Shown piece by piece: positions 40,095 through 48,591 of a stretch of DNA of 64,000 nucleotides. The position numbers were made by a program, and so were the translations under genes. Position 1 is the stretch's first letter, and every line of letters starts with the position of its first letter. Under the pieces are notes generated by a model. It did not search any database. It saw nothing but the letters and a program-made list of their open reading frames with translations, and was not told where the DNA came from. Source of the DNA: Candidatus Woesearchaeota archaeon (GTDB taxonomy: Archaea > Nanobdellota > Nanobdellia > Woesearchaeales > 0-14-0-80-44-23); the NCBI GenBank assembly GCA_038874135.1, contig JAVZCZ010000001.1, forward strand, positions 256,001 to 320,000, read 5' to 3'.

Positions 40095-41137
40095 ACATTA
40101 AGAGATTCTTGAATAGTTGAGATATTCTGTTTTATCCATGCTAACATTATCTTAACGCCTTTTTGTGGCGAAGTAGAAGGCTTCCATGAAAAATGCTTTT
40201 CTGCCTTTCTTATGTCACTAATGTAAACCTTCTGGTCTCCTGCTCGCCAGGGCCCAAACTTATATGAAATCTTTTTTGAAAGAAGCTTCTCAAGAATTGA
40301 AATCAGCTCTAACAGAGAAAGCGTATTCTTTGGGCCTCCACCAATGTTATAGATTTGTCCCGCAGTTTTTTTACTCTTCAGAGCAAGTTCATAAGCTCTA
40401 ACTAAATCCTTAACAAACAACACATCCCTAACCTGTTTGCCGTCTCCATAAAGAGTAAGAGGCAGGTTTAATGATGCAGCTATTGCAAACCAAGCCACCC
40501 AGCCCTGGTCTTCAATACCAAACTGCCTTGGACCATAAATGCAGGACTGCCTAAAAACAACTGTGGGCAGGCCATAAATGCGATAGTAATCTCTCACATA
40601 CTGATCTGCACACCCCTTGCTGCAACCATAAGGACTGTGAAAGTCAATAGGCCTATGCTCGTCAATTGCAGTTATATTTTTATAAACATAGCGGCTCTGA
40701 GTTTCCGTTACCTTAACATCTTCCATCTGTCCATACACCTTGTTTGTGGAAGAGAAAATAAGCTTAGGGGTTTTCTTTGACTTTCTCGCCGCTTCAAGCA
40801 CATTGAAAGTTCCTAATGCGTTGCTTTCAAAATCATATCTCGGATCAATTATTGAAGAAGTCATCGCTGTTTGTGCCGCCAAATGAATTACATAGTCTGT
40901 ATTTCTAGTTTCTTTTTCAAGAAGCTTAATGTCAGTTCTTATGTCGGCTTTAACAAATCTGATCATAGGATAATCTTTTTTCAAAATTAAGAGATTATTC
41001 TTAGAACCTTTTCTTGAGAGATTATCTAACACGGTTACATCATATCCCTTATTAATGAAATATTCTGCAGTGTTAGAACCTATAAAGCCCGCTCCCCCCG
41101 TTATTAATATTCTAGGCCCATTCATTTTAGCGAACAT
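40091..41137 (-). CDS. NDP-sugar epimerase, CDP-paratose 2-epimerase (RfbE/Tyv)-like
   Basis: TGGAGFIGS, SSTNKVYG, HSPYGCSKG, FRQSCIYGPRQFGIEDQGWVAWF. Confidence 0.85.
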   Translation of the reverse strand: MFAKMNGPRILITGGAGFIGSNTAEYFINKGYDVTVLDNLSRKGSKNNLLILKKDYPMIRFVKADIRTDIKLLEKETRNTDYVIHLAAQTAMTSSIIDPRYDFESNALGTFNVLEAARKSKKTPKLIFSSTNKVYGQMEDVKVTETQSRYVYKNITAIDEHRPIDFHSPYGCSKGCADQYVRDYYRIYGLPTVVFRQSCIYGPRQFGIEDQGWVAWFAIAASLNLPLTLYGDGKQVRDVLFVKDLVRAYELALKSKKTAGQIYNIGGGPKNTLSLLELISILEKLLSKKISYKFGPWRAGDQKVYISDIRKAEKHFSWKPSTSPQKGVKIMLAWIKQNISTIQESLNV

Positions 41138-41206
41138 ACATTTTTTAAGTAAACTTCCATTTCTATTTTTAAAACTTTTGATTTTTACAAGCTCTTGTGA
41201 AAAATC

Positions 41207-41920
41207 TCACTTTTTAATATATATCTTTACATTCCCAATCTGGTAAAGTGTGCTGTTTGCTATAAAATCTTGAAATAGTTTTTTGCCATTACACTCAAGA
41301 GGGTATTGGGGCATGACTATAAGAAGACGCGGATTCCATGAATTAAGTTCAGCATCATGATTGACTGAGGAAGAGAACATAGGGTCACCTTCATAGCATA
41401 CAAATCTGATAAAGTTGAATGGCTCACGATTGGAGAGTAAGTAAATCTCTCCATTCCAACCATAAACTAAGATTCTATCTGTTGAGTTGGTATGCTCTTT
41501 TATAAAACTGATCACTCTAGTCTGTTCTTCTGCTCCCGAAAAATCGCTGTATGGGAAGTGAAATATCTTATAATTGATGTTATAATCAGGATATTGTTTA
41601 GAAGCGAAGAAAAATGTTGTAAACGATGTGATTAGAAGTAATATTACAAGTACTGATTTTTTATATCCATTCTTTGATTGAATTAAAAACTTCAATCCCC
41701 GTGCAGAGTAAAAGGCTATTGGTGGAAGTACAATTATAAAGTAGTGCCCGAATGAAGGAGGAATAAAACAGATTAACAAACCAAACAGTAACCAAGATAA
41801 AAACAAAAAATTTATTTGTTTAGAATCTTTGCCATTCTGTATGAGAGATAAAATTCCTAAAAGGGATAAGAACAAAAAACATAAAGATTCAAGGATTATC
41901 ATAAAATAACCTTCTGCTAT
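41207..41920 (-). pseudogene. 5'-truncated paralog of the membrane GT at 45877..47361
   Basis: Shares IPPSFGHYF, QYPxxNINxK, DF...Q...F..H; in-frame IAEGYF upstream of ATG 41902 matches paralog LIEGFF, then TAA at 41921-41923; about 260 N-terminal aa missing. Confidence 0.65.
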
Positions 41921-41940
41921 TTATTTAGAAAAATTTTTAT

Positions 41941-43461
41941 ATGAACACCTTCTTTTTTAGTATAATGAAAATTTTGCTCATAAACCCGCTTTTTTATTTT
42001 AATGGACATCTGTTTAAAAAGAATTACAAAGAGATTAATCTGGGATTATTATACTTAGCATCTGTTGCGCAAAAAGAAGGTTTTTCTGTTAAAATAATAG
42101 CTTTAAATAAACTAGAGACTGAGCGCATAATAAAAAGAGAAAAACCAGACATTGTTGGAATAAGTTGTATGATAGGACAACAACGGGCCGGTCTTACTAT
42201 TGCAAAAAAGGTTAAAAAAGTCAATAAGAAGATTATCGTGATAGTGGGAGGGTATTATCCTACTTTCAGGTATAAAAAGATTTTGGAACAAATACCTGAA
42301 GTAGATGTAGTAGTGATAGGTGAAGGTGAAGAATCTTTTAGTGAACTATTAAGATTAATAAATCAGAAAAAGTTTAATTATAACAATCTAAAAAAGATTA
42401 AAGGGATTGCATTTAAAGAGAATAAAAAAATTGTTTTTACAGGAAATCGCGAATTACCGAATTTAGATAAATTGCCTTGGCCTAGTAGGACGCTTTGGAG
42501 AACAGTTAATTTCTTTGCTTCTCGAGGGTGTAGATTTCGATGTAGGTACTGTTCAATAACCAAATTTTATAGAAAAGTTGAAAGGTTTAGATCAGTAAAA
42601 AATGTTATAGAAGAATTAAAGTGGTTAGAAAAGTTGGGGGAAAAAGATGTTAGTATTAATGACGATAATTTCTTAGATAATTTGGATTGGTTTTATAAAT
42701 TTAGGATATTTTATGTAAAGCAAAGATTAAAGATAAGGAGTGGGATAATGAGTAAACTATTAAATGTTTTAAGATTAAAAAAACTTAGGTATCTAAAGGA
42801 GTGTAATATTAATGAAATCAGTATAGGTTTGCAAGGGATAGGAGATGAAGAAAATAAATTTTTTAGAACTGGACACACACTTAAATTATTAGAAGAATTT
42901 AATAAAAAACTAATAAGAGAAAACGTTGAATTTGATGCTATTAGTATATTTCTAATAATTAATAGTGGTGTCAAGCATGAGAACGAGGAATCAATTTTTA
43001 ATAAGGTAAAGAGAGTAGTAGATCTTTTACCTGAAGGGGCTATCCCTAAGAAAAATAAGCTTGCATTGTACCCGGGAACAGATATTGCTGAATATTTCAT
43101 AAAAAAGGGATACTACACAGAGAGTGAAAGCGTATTTAAAGATGATGACTATTTTAATTATTCTTATGCAGACCTCAATGAAAGAAAACTTACTGACTTG
43201 ATAGCTACTGTTGATCAACTATATGAAGAAAGAGCAAAAAGAGAAAGATGGAAAAAGATACCAAAGAGAATAAGTGCAAATTTTCTTAGTACGGTGAATG
43301 CTTACTTGATTATGCTAATGCGCTCTTCTATGAGTTTATGGTTGAAGATCCGTATACTTATGTTCATAATATATATAGTTATTAAAGAGTTTGTTTCGTT
43401 CAGAAATCCAATTAAAAATGATTATAAATTGGGAAGAATGATCAAAATTAAATATTTCTGA
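41941..43461 (+). CDS. Cobalamin-binding radical SAM protein (putative methyltransferase)
   Basis: LGLLYLAS, DIVGIS, IVGGYYPT, GEGE, ASRGCRFRCRYC, DDNF, YPGT; likely start MKILLINP. Confidence 0.88.
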   Translation: MNTFFFSIMKILLINPLFYFNGHLFKKNYKEINLGLLYLASVAQKEGFSVKIIALNKLETERIIKREKPDIVGISCMIGQQRAGLTIAKKVKKVNKKIIVIVGGYYPTFRYKKILEQIPEVDVVVIGEGEESFSELLRLINQKKFNYNNLKKIKGIAFKENKKIVFTGNRELPNLDKLPWPSRTLWRTVNFFASRGCRFRCRYCSITKFYRKVERFRSVKNVIEELKWLEKLGEKDVSINDDNFLDNLDWFYKFRIFYVKQRLKIRSGIMSKLLNVLRLKKLRYLKECNINEISIGLQGIGDEENKFFRTGHTLKLLEEFNKKLIRENVEFDAISIFLIINSGVKHENEESIFNKVKRVVDLLPEGAIPKKNKLALYPGTDIAEYFIKKGYYTESESVFKDDDYFNYSYADLNERKLTDLIATVDQLYEERAKRERWKKIPKRISANFLSTVNAYLIMLMRSSMSLWLKIRILMFIIYIVIKEFVSFRNPIKNDYKLGRMIKIKYF

Positions 43462-43497
43462 AGAAGGGTTAGATGGGACTTGGACTTTAAATAAGTG

Positions 43498-43608
43498 CTA
43501 TCCCAAACTGCTACTACCGGTAACGTGATAATTACACGAGCTAGTTATAGTATCAGTCATTGCAATCTTTCTAAGAGTGGGCTTTTTCCATACAATCTTG
43601 CGTTTCAT
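43498..43608 (-). CDS. Putative RiPP precursor peptide (36 aa), absent from the ORF track
   Basis: Manual translation MKRKIVWKKPTLRKIAMTDTITSSCNYHVTGSSSLG*; WxxPxL leader motif, Ser/Thr/Cys-rich core, co-oriented downstream of the PqqD-rSAM-kinase genes. Confidence 0.8.
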   Translation of the reverse strand: MKRKIVWKKPTLRKIAMTDTITSSCNYHVTGSSSLG

Positions 43609-43630
43609 TTTATAAAAAATAATTATTGTT

Positions 43631-43648
43631 TATTTATAAACTTTTCGC
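43631..43648 (-). promoter_or_regulatory. BRE/TATA promoter of the precursor ORF
   Basis: Minus strand GCGAAAAG-TTTATAAATA ending 22 nt before ATG 43608, typical leaderless spacing. Confidence 0.65.
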
Positions 43649-43703
43649 AATAGCTTGGTTTAAACTTTTATGCTATTTTTAAACATGAAGATAAGCTAAC
43701 CTT

Positions 43704-44555
43704 TTAAAGATTTGATGAATTGTTTGTAACAAAATTTGTTACGAAGGATACGACAGAATTGTCTTTTTTGAATTTAAGAGTATACGCTTTAACTGAGTTA
43801 ACACACGACATCACCAATTTTATGAATTTGGCCTTTGATTCAAAGCTGTAAGGTATTATTGAATTTTTTAATAAATTATTCAAAAAACTATTTATTCTTA
43901 TATCTTGTATACTATTATGATTAGATTTTTTAATGAAGAATATATATGCGAGTTCTCCTTTTTTATTAGAAAAAGATTTCGCACTGCTCTGTGCAGGAGT
44001 TCCATAACAGTAAAATTTTCCATTTTTTTTAATGATTATATTAAGTTCGTCGCTAAAACAATTAAATCCTGATTTTTTAAACAGTTTACATAGAGTACTT
44101 TTTCCTGTTCCGCAGGGACCGACAAATAGAACTACTCTTTTGCGATTGTGCAAATCAAACATAACTCCGGAGGAATGAACTAAAAAGCTATTTTTTTTCG
44201 TCAAATACATCGCCAGTATTCTTTTATTAAAAATGTTTTCAATATCTGTCTTATTAGAAAAGAAGCTAACTTTATTTTTTTCCTTTATTACGCCCCACTC
44301 GCCAGTTTTAGGTTTTATAATTAACTTAGAATTATATTCTAAAAATTTAACTGCAAAGTCTCTGCTCACAAGTTTAGATCCTGGAGGGACACAAAAATAT
44401 CTATAATTCTTCATTAAGAAGGTATAATCCTCTTTTTTATTAGTTCTAAATTGAGCAAATCTATTTAAGTTAAGATTTTTTTCAGAAACTACCTTAACTA
44501 CTACTGGACCTATTTTTATTTTAAATTTTTTCATATAAATCACAGTTAATAACAA
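43704..44555 (-). CDS. HPr-kinase-related P-loop protein (ScmC/HprK-related type)
   Basis: LVHSSGV, LFVGPCGTGKSTL, FSDELNII, YGTP; likely start MKKFK at 44534. Confidence 0.75.
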   Translation of the reverse strand: MLLTVIYMKKFKIKIGPVVVKVVSEKNLNLNRFAQFRTNKKEDYTFLMKNYRYFCVPPGSKLVSRDFAVKFLEYNSKLIIKPKTGEWGVIKEKNKVSFFSNKTDIENIFNKRILAMYLTKKNSFLVHSSGVMFDLHNRKRVVLFVGPCGTGKSTLCKLFKKSGFNCFSDELNIIIKKNGKFYCYGTPAQSSAKSFSNKKGELAYIFFIKKSNHNSIQDIRINSFLNNLLKNSIIPYSFESKAKFIKLVMSCVNSVKAYTLKFKKDNSVVSFVTNFVTNNSSNL

Positions 44556-45547
44556 TTGTTAAAAAAGAGTTTAGCAAGTTTACACAAGCGTGGAATCTTT
44601 GCTGAGTTAGATGATTTTGGATCGAAGGATTTGATTTCTTGTTCTGCAAAGCCAGGACACCAAAAACATATATTACGGTATTTACAACTAGCACACTTTT
44701 TGAATTTCTTTATGTAACTTTGTCTAATGTATTTTAAAGTTTTAAAAGCAATTCTCAGATTCGGAAGAGCTTTTACTCTTTTTTTTCTTAAGAGGAAGCA
44801 GAGCCCCATATTTCCTTTTGAATCAATATGAAAAGAGCGGATACCTGCACTGCAATTAAAAACTTCAGCTGAATGTTTTAATACTTTTAAGTTTATTTTG
44901 TATCTATTACAAAACAAATCAAAAAGATCGTGTGTTGATAAACTAACCTTTCTAGCATTTTTTCCGATGATAATTGGATTAAACTCTATCCTTTTTTTTG
45001 TAAAGTTCAAACTAAGATTATCAAGTTTTTTAAAGTATTTCTTTAACTGATAAAGAGGAAGCGTTCTGAGTTCTAGATTAAATTTCTTTAAGGATTTAAG
45101 ATTATTTAGTACAGTAGTGTATGCTGCTTTTCCAGTTATTTTTCTATACGTAATGTTATCGACTCCGTACAATGTGATTCTTATAAGCATAGGAGGTTTT
45201 TTCTTAAAAGTATCTAATATTTTTTTTGTAACAAAAGACCCATTTGAGTTTATAGTTATTCTATTACCAAACAGGGTGTACGCATAATTATAAATTTCTA
45301 AAAAGTTTGGATGAAGTAGAGGTTCTCCTCCTGTTAGAATTATATTTGTAACACCGAGTCGATAGGCCTGTTTAAGAATCTTTTTAAATTTGATCACGGG
45401 TAATTCTGAGCTAGTAGCTTGTTTAATATTCTTAAAATAGCAATGTTTACATTTGAAGTTGCATTTCTGTGTTATTTCCAAATGAAGAAGATTAGGGGGA
45501 AATTCCTGATTTAAGATAGTTTCAGATTCTTTATCGTAGCTGTACAT
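44546..45547 (-). CDS. Radical SAM/SPASM peptide maturase (PqqE/ScmE-like)
   Basis: CNFKCKHCY, TGGEPLLH, CSAGIRSFHIDSKGNMGLC, CASCKYRNICFWCPG...LC. Confidence 0.88.
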   Translation of the reverse strand: MYSYDKESETILNQEFPPNLLHLEITQKCNFKCKHCYFKNIKQATSSELPVIKFKKILKQAYRLGVTNIILTGGEPLLHPNFLEIYNYAYTLFGNRITINSNGSFVTKKILDTFKKKPPMLIRITLYGVDNITYRKITGKAAYTTVLNNLKSLKKFNLELRTLPLYQLKKYFKKLDNLSLNFTKKRIEFNPIIIGKNARKVSLSTHDLFDLFCNRYKINLKVLKHSAEVFNCSAGIRSFHIDSKGNMGLCFLLRKKRVKALPNLRIAFKTLKYIRQSYIKKFKKCASCKYRNICFWCPGFAEQEIKSFDPKSSNSAKIPRLCKLAKLFFNNCY

Positions 45548-45548
45548 T

Positions 45549-45821
45549 TTAGGATTTTATTAAGATTTTTAAAGACAGTGCTTTTTTAATAAAGTTCATA
45601 AAATCTTTATCTAATTTACTTGCACTAATATCAAATTTCCGGCTTAGAATTTTTTTAGTTTTAGAAATCCCATTTTTTACAACACCTTTTAATATGATCG
45701 ATGCAGTTTTATTTAAGATAAAGTAATTAGGAGAATTTTTTCTAGTTAGTATCAGAAAGTACTGATTATTATTAACTGAATAGAATCTGGCTTTTCCATT
45801 AAAAAAATATTTTTTTGACAT
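45549..45821 (-). CDS. PqqD-family RiPP recognition element (RRE)
   Basis: 90 aa; YFILNKTASIIL...LSRKFDISASKLDKDFMNFIKKALSLKIL matches the LNxT/A...F/Y-D-V...D..F...L pattern; adjacent to the rSAM gene. Confidence 0.8.
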   Translation of the reverse strand: MSKKYFFNGKARFYSVNNNQYFLILTRKNSPNYFILNKTASIILKGVVKNGISKTKKILSRKFDISASKLDKDFMNFIKKALSLKILIKS

Positions 45822-45876
45822 AATTAATATTAAAAAGGCAGTAAGCTTTTTAAATATTGCTATTTTAATTTTTAAA

Positions 45877-47361
45877 GTGAATAAGATAAATAATACAAAA
45901 GAAAGAATTGATAAAGAACTAGTTTTTCTAATAATCTTATCAATTTTTTTAAGATTTATATGGCTATATGCTGCTATAGAACGAGATGAAGGAATTTTTG
46001 GTTATAGTGCATTTAAACTATCGATTAATGAATTAAAAATTGTGGATAATAAAATTCCTATTGTTTATATCATCTATTTATTAATAATGATTATACACAA
46101 ATTACTTTCCTTTAATTTTCCTGTAATTATTAGTGTACGAATTGTTAATAACCTCCTATTCCTAATAGCAGTAGTTTGCTTATATAGGTTTTTTTCAGAG
46201 GAAAAAAGAGAAATTGCCTTTTTTTCTACTATCTTTTTCATAATATTCATGAATCTTCCTGTTTTTGAAGGACAACTTGCTATGACTGAATCATTGGGAA
46301 TGAATTTTTTTGTGTTAGGATTAATATATATGCTTAGATATGCTAAACATTATGAACCTGCTTATTTTAGAATATCATTTTTTTTCTTTTTACTGGCCGC
46401 TTTATTAAAGTACCCTTTTTTGTTCCTTTCAGTTCATACGATTATATTTTTTATAAAAAACAGAACAGGTTTTAAAAAAGTTGCTCTTTTTTTAATTACT
46501 TATTTTATAACAGCGATTCTGATGCTTGGTTTCTATTTTATTGCATTTCCTGAAAATGTTTTATTTTTTATTATTGAAAGTATAAACGTATTAAATGAGG
46601 TCCCTGAAATTTACAGTTTTAGTAGTCTTAAGTTAGTTCTTATCGAGGGTTTCTTTTTTATAATTTTAGTTGTTTTAGGTGTTTTAGAGTATTATAAAGT
46701 AGAGAAAAAGGAGAAAATTTTTTATTTGTTTAAGAATATGTTGCTTATCTCATTGGTACTCTCATTGATTCCTCCTTCGTTTGGTCATTATTTTCTGATA
46801 AATTCAATAGCTGTAGCATTTTTTGCTGGAGTTGGAATACTATCCTTAAAAAGGTTTAGCATTAAATTAGTGAAGTATATCATAATTGTAATTCTTTTCC
46901 TTGCAATTATAATCTCAGTTTATTTTTCAATGTTACAATATCCTAATCTTAACATTAATTTTAAAGGAATTAACGTAGTATATAATGATTTCTTAGATTT
47001 GAAACAGCAGTTAGAAGTTTCAAAATTTTTAGAAAATCATATTAAACAAAACGAGAGCTTTGCCATGTGTGGTTTTGATGGAACTTTAGGTTGGCTGTCA
47101 GAACGGCGTATTTTTTCTGGAGTTAGAAAATTTTGTTATATTCCAAACGGAAAAGAAAATGAAAATAAAGTTTTAAAAATATTAAAAGATAGATACCTTT
47201 CAAGAATTATAATTTATGATGTAGCTAAAATTTTAAGTTGCGAACTACCAGATAATATTAAATATCTGGTTCTATTTACTAATGCATATGATGAAACTTT
47301 GTTTAAATGTACTGGTAAGATTGAGATGAAATATGATAATTTATTGATTTGCAAATGTTAA
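45877..47361 (+). CDS. GT-C (ArnT/GT39-like) membrane glycosyltransferase
   Basis: ERDEG after TM1, DNKIP, AMTE, multi-TM, FGHYF. Confidence 0.8.
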   Translation: MNKINNTKERIDKELVFLIILSIFLRFIWLYAAIERDEGIFGYSAFKLSINELKIVDNKIPIVYIIYLLIMIIHKLLSFNFPVIISVRIVNNLLFLIAVVCLYRFFSEEKREIAFFSTIFFIIFMNLPVFEGQLAMTESLGMNFFVLGLIYMLRYAKHYEPAYFRISFFFFLLAALLKYPFLFLSVHTIIFFIKNRTGFKKVALFLITYFITAILMLGFYFIAFPENVLFFIIESINVLNEVPEIYSFSSLKLVLIEGFFFIILVVLGVLEYYKVEKKEKIFYLFKNMLLISLVLSLIPPSFGHYFLINSIAVAFFAGVGILSLKRFSIKLVKYIIIVILFLAIIISVYFSMLQYPNLNINFKGINVVYNDFLDLKQQLEVSKFLENHIKQNESFAMCGFDGTLGWLSERRIFSGVRKFCYIPNGKENENKVLKILKDRYLSRIIIYDVAKILSCELPDNIKYLVLFTNAYDETLFKCTGKIEMKYDNLLICKC

Positions 47362-48515
47362 GTGACAAAATGATAGTAAAGAATTACAGACGGCTAAGAT
47401 TCATCATTGTGTTACTTTTTATTGAAATGATTATCATATTAATGTGGTTATCACATTATGAGATTGAGAGATATCAACAGCAACAGATTAATAAGTTGAA
47501 TGAAAAGATTGAAAAATTACTCGAGTATTCAAAGCATTTAAATAACAACTGTACAGTTATTGTTTATGAAGATAACAGTTTAATATGTGAAAAAACTGCT
47601 GGGCCATACACAATTTATGATTACATAAAATTATACGAATTCACAGGAGAACTGGATTTTTTTAATACTGCTAAAAGATTAAGTGCTTGCTTGGAAAATT
47701 CAAATTTTTCATATATTAAAGATAGATGTGATTTAAATCTGTGGGATGGCAAAAATTATAAAATTGCCTGGATGTTTTCTGAATATTATTATTATAATCA
47801 TTTGAACAAATCGGCAGGAGACATTTATAAAAAAATGTTAGAAGATTTAAAAATGAATATTTCTAATAACCAGAATATATCTGAAAATTTAATATTAACC
47901 CAGTTTAAAATAAGGGAGCTTAGAGCATTAGAACAACAAGCCATTAATAAATGTATTATAAACAAAGAATGCAATATAACCGAGGAATATAAAAAGATAA
48001 TTCAAGCATATCTAGAGATTGAAAGTATTTCTGAAACAAATTTTTTTTACATAAACCCTCAATGGTTACAAGGAGCATGTTCTGCATTAAAAGGATTTAA
48101 AATGTATGGAGACCCTAAAAATTTTGAAACAAATATTATAATAAAAGAAATTGAAATTAGAGTATTTCACAGAATCAGTAGACTTTTAAGTGATCAAAGA
48201 ATAGAAGGATATTTTAATGAAAAATTTTTTTCAAAAAAAGATGATGTAGATAGTACAATCTATACATACAAAGCAGTATTAGCGTTAGACGCCTGTCTTG
48301 ATGCAAAATTAGCACCTTACAGCTTAAATGCAATAATTAATCAAAGTATAAAAAAAGGTTTAATCTATTTACTAAATCAACAGGATGAAAAAGGAGGAAT
48401 AATTGAAAGATATAAAGTTCCACATAAAACAGAAAGTTTAAACGATGAGATCCTTGTACTCGCTATAAAATATTTTGGTCTTCCCTACAAAAAAATAAAT
48501 GAAAAAATCAAGTAA
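47349..48515 (+). CDS. Membrane-anchored helical-repeat (alpha/alpha toroid-like) hypothetical protein
   Basis: N-terminal TM; LYEFTGELDFFNTAKR and KKGLIYLLNQQDEKGG resemble toroid/QW-type repeats. Confidence 0.55.
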   Translation: MQMLSDKMIVKNYRRLRFIIVLLFIEMIIILMWLSHYEIERYQQQQINKLNEKIEKLLEYSKHLNNNCTVIVYEDNSLICEKTAGPYTIYDYIKLYEFTGELDFFNTAKRLSACLENSNFSYIKDRCDLNLWDGKNYKIAWMFSEYYYYNHLNKSAGDIYKKMLEDLKMNISNNQNISENLILTQFKIRELRALEQQAINKCIINKECNITEEYKKIIQAYLEIESISETNFFYINPQWLQGACSALKGFKMYGDPKNFETNIIIKEIEIRVFHRISRLLSDQRIEGYFNEKFFSKKDDVDSTIYTYKAVLALDACLDAKLAPYSLNAIINQSIKKGLIYLLNQQDEKGGIIERYKVPHKTESLNDEILVLAIKYFGLPYKKINEKIK

Positions 48516-48591
48516 GTAGATTAGAATGATTTTAGATAACAATTTAAATATGAAAAATATTTTATAATCCATACCTAAAAGAGGAAAATTT

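Noticed and set aside
43498-43608. Lasso peptide interpretation of the precursor
   Set aside because: No Asn-synthetase-like cyclase or transglutaminase-like B2 protease in the window, and the only acidic residue (D19) cannot sit at core position 7-9 after a plausible cleavage site
44546-45821. PQQ biosynthesis (pqqDE)
   Set aside because: No pqqB or pqqC, and the peptide lacks the PqqA E-x-x-x-Y core
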